Assembly (NCBI RefSeq): GCF_056712565.1 | Contig: NZ_CM160072.1 | DNA: 64,000 nucleotides | Direction: 5' to 3' (one strand) | Position numbers and translations under genes: made by a program | Shown: in pieces, positions 56,192 through 64,000 of the stretch | Position numbering within the stretch: the first letter of the stretch is position 1 | Layout: every line of letters starts with the position of its first letter | The notes under the pieces: generated by a model | Told to the model about the DNA's origin: nothing | Databases searched by the model: none | Seen by the model: the letters and a program-made list of their open reading frames with translations, nothing else

Positions 56192-57205
56192 TTACGCGGC
56201 CGGTAACTCTGCCAGCGGCCAGCGCGGACGCACGCTAACGCCGAGATCCGCCGTCGCGCCTGCTTTAAACCGCACCATTCCGGCATAGGCGATCATCGCA
56301 CCGTTATCAGTGCAAAATTCCGGACGCGCGTAGAACACTTCGCCACGACGCTTTTTCATCATTTCAGCCAGCTTCGCCCGCAGTGTGCGGTTAGCACTCA
56401 CGCCGCCTGCCATGACCAGTCGCTTAAAGCCCGTCTGATCCAGTGCTCGCTTACACTTAATCATCAACGTATCGACCACTGCATCTTCAAAGGCGCGGGC
56501 GATATCGGCACGCGTCTGATCGTCAGTGCCGTTGTCACGTATGGTATTTGCCGCGAAGGTTTTCAGACCAGAAAAGCTGAAATCCAGCCCCGGACGGTCG
56601 GTCATCGGGCGCGGGAAGACAAAGCGCCCGGCAGTACCCTGAGCCGCCATTTTCGACAGTAATGGCCCGCCAGGATAATCCAGCCCCAGCAGCTTCGCGG
56701 TTTTATCAAACGCTTCACCAGCCGCATCATCGATAGACTCTCCGAGCAGCTCGTACTGACCAATGCCAGTCACGCTGATTAACTGCGTATGACCGCCGGA
56801 AACCAGCAGCGCGACAAACGGAAATTCCGGTGGGTTATCTTCCAGCATCGGCGCTAACAGATGTCCTTCCATATGATGTACCGGGATTGCCGGAACGTCC
56901 CAGGCAAACGCCAGAGAACGCCCCACGGTCGCGCCAACCAGCAGTGCGCCGACTAATCCTGGGCCTGCGGTATAGGCCACAGCATCAATGTCTTTTGCCG
57001 TTAAACCAGACTCCTTTAGCGCCTCCTGGATCAACGGTACGGTTTTACGCACGTGATCGCGGGAGGCCAGTTCAGGCACGACGCCGCCGTAGTCAGCGTG
57101 CAATTTCACCTGACTATACAATTGGTTGGCTAACAAACCTTTTTCATCGTCGTAAATGGCGATGCCGGTTTCATCGCAGGAAGTTTCAATACCCAGTACA
57201 CGCAT
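56192..57205 (-). CDS. tsaD: tRNA N6-adenosine threonylcarbamoyltransferase
   Basis: 337-aa [23 protein letters not shown]... Confidence 0.95.
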
Positions 57206-57403
57206 GACTTGTTTTACCTCGCTTTATTACCGCGCAGTGTAGGACCAATGCGGGTTGATGTAAAACTTTGTTCGCCCCTGGAGAAAGCCTCGTGTATACT
57301 CCTCACCCTTATAAAAGTCCCTTTCAAAAAAGGCCGCGGTGCTTTACAAAGCAGCAGCAATTGCAGTAAAATTCCGCACCATTTTGAAATAAGCTGGCGT
57401 TGA

Positions 57404-57658
<255 letters not shown>

Positions 57659-57664
57659 TTCCCC

Positions 57665-57745
57665 GAGAGCGTTGCTCTCCGATCAGACCGAGTTGTAGTT
57701 GTAAGGCCGTGCTTCCGAAAGGAATGCGCGGCTTATTTTCGTTTA
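57665..57745 (+). terminator. rpsU-dnaG intercistronic hairpins (partial terminator T1 region)
   Basis: gagagc-gtt-gctctc hairpin, then imperfect GC-rich stem followed by cttattttcgttt. Confidence 0.5.
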
Positions 57746-57768
57746 TGAATTGCTAAAAATCGGGGCCT

Positions 57769-59514
57769 ATGGCTGGACGAATCCCACGCGTATTCATTAA
57801 TGATCTGCTGGCACGCACTGACATCGTCGATCTGATCGATGCCCGTGTGAAGCTGAAAAAGCAGGGCAAGAATTTCCACGCGTGTTGTCCATTCCACAAC
57901 GAGAAAACCCCGTCATTCACCGTTAACGGTGAGAAACAGTTTTACCACTGCTTTGGATGTGGCGCGCATGGCAACGCGATCGACTTCCTGATGAACTACG
58001 ACAAGCTCGAGTTCGTCGAAACGGTCGAAGAGCTGGCAGCAATGCACAATCTTGAAGTGCCATTTGAAGCAGGCAGCGGCCCCAGCCAGCTCGAACGCCA
58101 TCAGCGGCAAACGCTTTATCAGTTGATGGACGGTCTGAATACGTTTTACCAACAATCTTTACAACAACCTGTTGCCACGTCTGCACGCCAGTATCTGGAA
58201 AAACGCGGATTAAGCCACGAGGTTATCGCCCGCTTTGCGATTGGTTTTGCGCCCCCCGGCTGGGACAACGTCCTGAAGCGGTTTGGCGGCAATCCAGAAA
58301 ATCGCCAGTCATTGGTTGATGCGGGCATGTTGGTCACTAACGATCAGGGTCGCAGTTACGATCGTTTCCGCGAGCGGGTGATGTTCCCCATTCGTGATAA
58401 ACGCGGTCGGGTGATTGGTTTTGGCGGACGCGTGCTGGGCAACGATACCCCCAAATACCTGAACTCGCCGGAAACGGACATTTTCCATAAAGGCCGCCAG
58501 CTTTACGGTCTTTATGAAGCGCAGCAGGATAACGCTGAACCCAATCGTCTGCTTGTGGTCGAAGGCTATATGGACGTGGTGGCGCTGGCGCAATACGGCA
58601 TTAATTACGCCGTTGCGTCGTTAGGTACGTCAACCACCGCCGATCACATACAACTGTTGTTCCGCGCGACCAACAATGTCATTTGCTGTTATGACGGCGA
58701 CCGTGCAGGCCGCGATGCCGCCTGGCGAGCGCTGGAAACGGCGCTGCCTTACATGACAGACGGTCGTCAGCTACGCTTTATGTTTTTGCCTGATGGCGAA
58801 GACCCTGACACGCTGGTACGAAAAGAAGGTAAAGAAGCGTTTGAAGCGCGGATGGAGCAGGCGATGCCACTCTCCGCATTTCTGTTTAACAGTCTGATGC
58901 CGCAAGTTGATCTGAGTACCCCTGACGGGCGCGCACGTTTGAGTACGCTGGCACTGCCACTGATATCGCAAGTGCCGGGCGAAACGCTGCGAATATATCT
59001 ACGTCAGGAATTAGGCAACAAATTAGGCATACTTGATGACAGCCAGCTTGAACGATTAATGCCAAAAGCGGCAGAGAGCGGCGTTTCTCGCCCTGTTCCG
59101 CAGCTAAAACGCACGACCATGCGTATACTTATAGGGTTGCTGGTGCAAAATCCAGAATTAGCGACGCTGGTCCCGCCGCTTGAGAATCTGGATGAAAATA
59201 AGCTCCCTGGACTTGGCTTATTCAGAGAACTAGTCAACACTTGTCTCTCCCAGCCAGGTCTGACCACCGGGCAACTTTTAGAGCACTATCGTGGTACAAA
59301 TAATGCTGCCACCCTTGAAAAACTGTCGATGTGGGACGATATAGCAGATAAGAATATTGCTGAGCAAACCTTCACCGACTCACTCAACCATATGTTTGAT
59401 TCGCTGCTTGAACTACGCCAGGAAGAGTTAATCGCTCGTGAGCGCACGCATGGTTTAAGCAACGAAGAACGCCTGGAGCTCTGGACATTAAACCAGGAGC
59501 TGGCGAAAAAGTGA
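57769..59514 (+). CDS. dnaG: DNA primase
   Basis: 581-aa ORF MAGRIPRVFINDLLARTDIVDLIDARVKLKKQGKNFHACCPFHNEKTPSF... Confidence 0.97.
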   Translation: MAGRIPRVFINDLLARTDIVDLIDARVKLKKQGKNFHACCPFHNEKTPSFTVNGEKQFYHCFGCGAHGNAIDFLMNYDKLEFVETVEELAAMHNLEVPFEAGSGPSQLERHQRQTLYQLMDGLNTFYQQSLQQPVATSARQYLEKRGLSHEVIARFAIGFAPPGWDNVLKRFGGNPENRQSLVDAGMLVTNDQGRSYDRFRERVMFPIRDKRGRVIGFGGRVLGNDTPKYLNSPETDIFHKGRQLYGLYEAQQDNAEPNRLLVVEGYMDVVALAQYGINYAVASLGTSTTADHIQLLFRATNNVICCYDGDRAGRDAAWRALETALPYMTDGRQLRFMFLPDGEDPDTLVRKEGKEAFEARMEQAMPLSAFLFNSLMPQVDLSTPDGRARLSTLALPLISQVPGETLRIYLRQELGNKLGILDDSQLERLMPKAAESGVSRPVPQLKRTTMRILIGLLVQNPELATLVPPLENLDENKLPGLGLFRELVNTCLSQPGLTTGQLLEHYRGTNNAATLEKLSMWDDIADKNIAEQTFTDSLNHMFDSLLELRQEELIARERTHGLSNEERLELWTLNQELAKK

Positions 59515-59708
59515 TTTAACGGCTTAAGTGCCGAAGAGCGATCGGGAAGCCCCCGACAGCCGCACTGAGAGGCAGCGGCAAATATATAAGTACGCCCTCG
59601 TAATTATCGTTGGCGGTAAACAACCGTTGGATTTCAGCGTTAACGGCTGAAGGACATCGGGTCAATCGCCCAACACCAACCTCATGAAATAAGTGTGGAT
59701 ACCGTCTT

Positions 59709-61550
59709 ATGGAGCAAAACCCGCAGTCACAGCTGAAACTTCTTGTCACCCGTGGTAAGGAGCAAGGCTATCTGACCTATGCCGAGGTCAATGACCATCT
59801 GCCGGAAGATATCGTCGATTCAGATCAGATCGAAGACATCATCCAAATGATCAACGACATGGGCATTCAGGTGATGGAAGAAGCACCGGATGCCGATGAT
59901 CTGATGCTGGCTGAAAACACCGCGGACGAAGATGCTGCCGAAGCCGCCGCGCAGGTGCTTTCCAGCGTGGAATCTGAAATCGGGCGCACGACTGACCCGG
60001 TACGCATGTACATGCGTGAAATGGGCACCGTTGAACTGTTGACCCGCGAAGGCGAAATTGACATCGCTAAGCGTATTGAAGACGGGATCAACCAGGTTCA
60101 ATGCTCCGTTGCTGAATATCCGGAAGCGATCACCTATCTGCTGGAACAGTACGATCGTGTTGAAGCAGAAGAAGCGCGTCTGTCCGATCTGATCACCGGC
60201 TTTGTTGACCCGAACGCAGAAGAAGATTTGGCACCTACCGCCACTCACGTCGGTTCTGAGCTTTCCCAGGAAGATCTGGACGATGACGAAGATGAAGACG
60301 AAGAAGATGGTGACGACGATACCGCCGATGATGACAACAGCATCGACCCGGAACTGGCTCGCGAAAAATTTGCGGAACTGCGCGCTCAGTACATTGTAAC
60401 GCGTGACACCATCAAAGCGAAAGGCCGCAGTCACGCTGCCGCTCAGGAAGAGATCCTGAAACTGTCTGAAGTATTCAAACAGTTCCGCCTGGTGCCGAAG
60501 CAGTTTGACTACCTGGTCAACAGCATGCGCGTCATGATGGACCGCGTTCGTACGCAAGAACGTCTGATCATGAAGCTCTGCGTTGAGCAGTGCAAAATGC
60601 CGAAGAAAAACTTCATTACCCTGTTTACCGGCAACGAAACCAGCGATACCTGGTTCAACGCGGCAATTGCGATGAACAAGCCGTGGTCGGAAAAACTGCA
60701 CGATGTCTCTGAAGAAGTGCATCGCGCCCTGCAGAAACTGCAGCAGATTGAAGAAGAAACCGGCCTGACCATCGAGCAGGTTAAAGATATCAACCGTCGT
60801 ATGTCCATCGGTGAAGCGAAAGCCCGCCGTGCGAAGAAAGAGATGGTTGAAGCGAACTTGCGTCTGGTTATTTCTATCGCTAAGAAATACACCAACCGTG
60901 GCTTGCAGTTCCTTGACCTGATTCAGGAAGGTAACATCGGTCTGATGAAAGCGGTTGATAAATTCGAATACCGCCGTGGTTACAAGTTCTCCACCTACGC
61001 AACCTGGTGGATCCGTCAGGCGATCACCCGTTCTATCGCGGATCAGGCGCGCACCATCCGTATTCCGGTGCATATGATTGAGACTATCAACAAGCTCAAC
61101 CGTATTTCTCGCCAGATGCTGCAAGAGATGGGCCGTGAACCAACGCCGGAAGAACTGGCTGAACGCATGCTGATGCCGGAAGACAAGATCCGCAAAGTGC
61201 TGAAGATCGCCAAAGAGCCAATCTCCATGGAAACGCCGATCGGTGATGATGAAGATTCGCATCTGGGGGATTTCATCGAGGATACCACCCTCGAGCTGCC
61301 GCTGGATTCTGCGACCACCGAAAGCCTGCGTGCGGCAACGCACGACGTGCTGGCTGGCCTGACCGCGCGTGAAGCGAAAGTTCTGCGTATGCGTTTCGGT
61401 ATCGATATGAACACCGACCACACGCTGGAAGAAGTGGGTAAACAGTTCGACGTTACCCGCGAACGTATCCGTCAGATCGAAGCGAAGGCGCTGCGCAAAC
61501 TGCGTCACCCGAGCCGTTCTGAAGTGCTGCGTAGCTTCCTGGACGATTAA
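59709..61550 (+). CDS. rpoD: RNA polymerase sigma factor sigma-70
   Basis: 613-aa [58 protein letters not shown]... Confidence 0.98.
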   Translation: MEQNPQSQLKLLVTRGKEQGYLTYAEVNDHLPEDIVDSDQIEDIIQMINDMGIQVMEEAPDADDLMLAENTADEDAAEAAAQVLSSVESEIGRTTDPVRMYMREMGTVELLTREGEIDIAKRIEDGINQVQCSVAEYPEAITYLLEQYDRVEAEEARLSDLITGFVDPNAEEDLAPTATHVGSELSQEDLDDDEDEDEEDGDDDTADDDNSIDPELAREKFAELRAQYIVTRDTIKAKGRSHAAAQEEILKLSEVFKQFRLVPKQFDYLVNSMRVMMDRVRTQERLIMKLCVEQCKMPKKNFITLFTGNETSDTWFNAAIAMNKPWSEKLHDVSEEVHRALQKLQQIEEETGLTIEQVKDINRRMSIGEAKARRAKKEMVEANLRLVISIAKKYTNRGLQFLDLIQEGNIGLMKAVDKFEYRRGYKFSTYATWWIRQAITRSIADQARTIRIPVHMIETINKLNRISRQMLQEMGREPTPEELAERMLMPEDKIRKVLKIAKEPISMETPIGDDEDSHLGDFIEDTTLELPLDSATTESLRAATHDVLAGLTAREAKVLRMRFGIDMNTDHTLEEVGKQFDVTRERIRQIEAKALRKLRHPSRSEVLRSFLDD

Positions 61551-61603
61551 TCGGTAGGCCGGATCAGGTGTTACGCCGCACCCGGCACTAGTCCCTCCGC
61601 ACA

Positions 61604-61630
61604 AACGCCACCTTTTCGGTGGCGTTTTTT
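61604..61630. terminator. rho-independent terminator after rpoD (bidirectional with mug)
   Basis: acgccacc-ttttc-ggtggcgt followed by ttttta; preceded by REP-like palindrome at about 61568-61600. Confidence 0.7.
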
Positions 61631-62135
61631 ATCGCCCACGCACTACCAGCGCCTGGTCCAGCTCGCGATACGCTTCAACCAGTTTCTCCAGTGAAACGCG
61701 ACTTAAACCGCTGGGATTTGGCAGCACCCAAATCTGCGTCGAACCAATGGTGAGAGTTTGTTTCCCCCACTGTGCACCGCGCTGGCTGAATCCCTGTTCA
61801 TATGCTTGTTTGCCCAGAATCGCCAACGCCTGCGGCTGATAATCTTCAATTTTTTCAATCAGCTTACGCCCGCCTGCGTGTAGTTCTTGCTTTGAAACTT
61901 CATTGGCTTGCACCGTTGGACGGTCTACCAGTTTGGTGACGCCACAACGATAATCCAGCAGATGCTGTGCCTCCTGCGGCTTCAACTGACGGTCGGTAAA
62001 CCCGGCCTGATATATCACCTTCCAGAAGCGATTTGCCGGATGAGCAAAGGGAAAACCAGTCCCGGCGGATGAAAGCCCAGGGTTGATACCGCAAAACACG
62101 ACCCGTAACCCTGGAGCCAAAATATCCTCAACCAT
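61629..62135 (-). CDS. mug: G/U mismatch-specific DNA glycosylase
   Basis: 168-aa [54 protein letters not shown]... Confidence 0.93.
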
Positions 62136-62259
62136 ATTTACTCCTTTCTAACATCACCAGGAAAAGTATAACGGATTGAAAATACATTGTTTATAAAAAC
62201 AGCAGGCGCGCGGTAATGGCTGGATTGCGACACGGAGTTACTTTATAATCCGCTACCAT

Positions 62260-62335
62260 GGCCCCTTAGCTCAGTGGTTAGAGCAGGCGACTCATAATCG
62301 CTTGGTCGCTGGTTCAAGTCCAGCAGGGGCCACCA
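62260..62335 (+). tRNA. ileX: tRNA-Ile (anticodon CAU, lysidine-type minor isoleucine tRNA)
   Basis: 76-nt ggccccttagctcagtggttagagcaggcgactcataatcgcttggtcgctggttcaagtccagcaggggccacca with encoded CCA; upstream ttgcga-17bp-tataat promoter. Confidence 0.9.
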
Positions 62336-62343
62336 GATATAGC

Positions 62344-62379
62344 AAAGGCTGACGAGAAATCGTCAGCCTTTTTCTTTTT
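62344..62379. terminator. bidirectional terminator between ileX and yqjH
   Basis: aaaggctgacga-gaaa-tcgtcagccttt followed by ttcttttt. Confidence 0.7.
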
Positions 62380-62388
62380 ATATATCAG

Positions 62389-63153
62389 TTACTTTGCGTG
62401 CCAGTAAGCCGCTGCACGTACCCGCTGTGGGTCATACTGTTCCGCTTCAAAGCGGCGGCTTAAATTCTTAACGACTTTGCCTTCGCCGGTTATCCAGATG
62501 AAGTAATCATCGGCAGGGATTTGCATCTGCGCCAGACGCTCATCTACCGCCTGCTCATCATGTGCCAGCCATTCGATATTAAAACCATCAAGGTGCGCGA
62601 GATAATCCTGACAGGCGTTATCCCGCACGCTAACCAGCGCGCTAACTTGCGGTTTAACGGCAAGTTTGCTCAACGTTTCCAGGCGGCGGCGCAGTGCGGG
62701 CATTCCGGATTCATCGCAGACATACAGCTGATACGCGTAATCCTCTGGCACCACCAGCGAACCGCGCGGACCTGCCACCGTGAGTTTATCGCCCGGTTGC
62801 GCCTGCATCGCCCAGCCGCTGGCGACGCCACCGTCGTGAATAAAGAAATCAATCGCCAGTTCATGGCGTAGTTCGTCATACAGCGGCGTATAGTCACGCG
62901 ACGGTGGGCGTGGTCCTTCCGGCCAGACGATGCCCTCTTCCGTTACCGTTGGCGGCACAAAGTGAGCATCAGATTGAGGAAAGAAGAGTTTGCTGTGATC
63001 GTCAAAGCCGCGCGATGTAAAACCGTCCAGCGCCTCGCCGCCAAGGACAATGCGCTGAAAACCGGCGCTAATACGCTCAGCGCGTAGCACAGTCAATTCA
63101 CGGAAGCGCAGATCATTGCGAACGCGCTGCGGGTAGCGGGGGGAGTTATTCAT
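62389..63153 (-). CDS. yqjH: siderophore-interacting NADPH-dependent ferric reductase
   Basis: 254-aa ORF MNNSPRYPQRVRNDLRFRELTVLRAERIS... Confidence 0.92.
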   Translation of the reverse strand: MNNSPRYPQRVRNDLRFRELTVLRAERISAGFQRIVLGGEALDGFTSRGFDDHSKLFFPQSDAHFVPPTVTEEGIVWPEGPRPPSRDYTPLYDELRHELAIDFFIHDGGVASGWAMQAQPGDKLTVAGPRGSLVVPEDYAYQLYVCDESGMPALRRRLETLSKLAVKPQVSALVSVRDNACQDYLAHLDGFNIEWLAHDEQAVDERLAQMQIPADDYFIWITGEGKVVKNLSRRFEAEQYDPQRVRAAAYWHAK

Positions 63154-63202
63154 TGTTATCGCCTTCGTGATAGTAATCAGATATATCTAAATAAATTTCG
63201 CA

Positions 63203-63230
63203 AATGATAATGATTGTTAATCATGATAAA
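63203..63230. promoter_or_regulatory. Fur box in yqjH-yqjI divergent promoter region
   Basis: aatgataatgattgttaatcatgataaa closely matches GATAATGATAATCATTATC. Confidence 0.65.
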
Positions 63231-63429
63231 TGCAAGCGATTTGTAGAACTGATATATCTGAAGTATGAGAAGACATTCAGCGTCGTAGCAAGGCTGCTGG
63301 ATGCGGCGTGAACGAATTATCCGGCCTGGATGTGAGGTGTATTCACGTTTAAAAATCATTTTTATACTTGCAAAAGCGCTCATATCAGATATAAATTAGA
63401 TATATCTAATTAAGCAAAAGGAGGCTGAT

Positions 63430-64000
63430 ATGAGCTATCATCACGAAGGGTGTTGTAAACATGAAGGCCAGCCACGCCATGAAGGCTGCTGCAAAGGTGA
63501 GAAGTCAGAACATGAGCACTGCGGACACGGTCACCAGCATGAACACGGTCAATGCTGCGGTGGTCGCCACGGTCGCGGCGGCGGTCGTCGGCAGCGTTTC
63601 TTTGGTCACGGTGAATTGCGTCTGGTGATTCTGGATATTCTCTCGCGCGATGACAGCCACGGTTACGAGTTGATTAAAGCGATTGAAAATCTGACCCAGG
63701 GGAATTACACCCCAAGCCCGGGCGTCATCTACCCGACGCTGGATTTTCTGCAGGAGCAGTCGCTGATTACCATCCGCGAAGAGGAAGGTGGTAAGAAGCA
63801 GATTGCGCTGACCGAACAGGGCGCGCAGTGGCTGGAAGAAAACCGCGAACAGGTGGAGATGATTGAAGAACGCATCAAAGCGCGTTGCGTTGGCGCGGCG
63901 CTACGCCAGAACCCGCAAATGAAGCGGGCGCTGGATAATTTTAAAGCGGTGCTGGATTTACGCGTCAACCAGAGCGATATCACTGATGCACAAATAAAAA
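63430..64000 (+). CDS. yqjI: PadR-family metal-responsive repressor YqjI (C-terminus beyond window)
   Basis: ATG at 63430 preceded by aaggagg RBS; MSYHHEGCCKHEGQPRHEGCCKGEKSEHEHCGHGHQHEH... His/Cys-rich N-terminus then PadR winged helix; no stop in window. Confidence 0.85.
   Translation, partial: MSYHHEGCCKHEGQPRHEGCCKGEKSEHEHCGHGHQHEHGQCCGGRHGRGGGRRQRFFGHGELRLVILDILSRDDSHGYELIKAIENLTQGNYTPSPGVIYPTLDFLQEQSLITIREEEGGKKQIALTEQGAQWLEENREQVEMIEERIKARCVGAALRQNPQMKRALDNFKAVLDLRVNQSDITDAQIK

Noticed and set aside
59820-61604. 594-aa ORF on the minus strand spanning almost all of rpoD
   Set aside because: Entirely antisense to sigma-70, one of the most conserved genes; its predicted protein is low-complexity and Phe/Arg/Gln-biased, typical of a shadow ORF in a stop-poor antisense frame of a GC-balanced gene.

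Overview
This window reads as an Escherichia coli chromosomal segment with the conserved backbone plsC-parC-ygiS-ygiV-ygiW-qseBC-ygiZ-mdaB-ygiN-parE-yqiA-cpdA-yqiB-nudF-tolC-ygiBC-ygiD-zupT-ribB-ubiK-glgS-yqiJK-hldE-glnE-ygiF-ygiM-cca-uppP-folB-plsY-ttdR-ttdAB-ttdT-tsaD-rpsU-dnaG-rpoD-mug-ileX-yqjH-yqjI. All identifications come from reading the six-frame translations and comparing with remembered protein sequences and gene order; no database search was run. Four accessory blocks interrupt the backbone at intergenic junctions: (1) an AT-rich module at 8088-9619 with an orphan hcp (T6SS tube protein) translationally coupled to a signal-peptide-less protein carrying lytic-transglycosylase-like ES / G-MQ / YN-G motifs, followed by a small 3-TM membrane protein (ygiZ-like); this is the best candidate for an undescribed system, a stand-alone Hcp-effector-(immunity?) island; (2) a Fit-like iron-type uptake cluster (TonB-dependent receptor divergent from an ABC transporter operon ending in an RpiR/SIS regulator) between ygiN and parE; (3) assT-dsbL-dsbI between ygiC and ygiD; (4) a chaperone-usher fimbrial operon between zupT and ribB. 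Smaller elements include a single ibs/sib type I toxin-antitoxin, the FMN riboswitch of ribB, tRNA-Ile(CAU), REP/BIME repeats, several hairpin terminators and a Fur box. No CRISPR array, IS element, integrase or prophage gene was seen.
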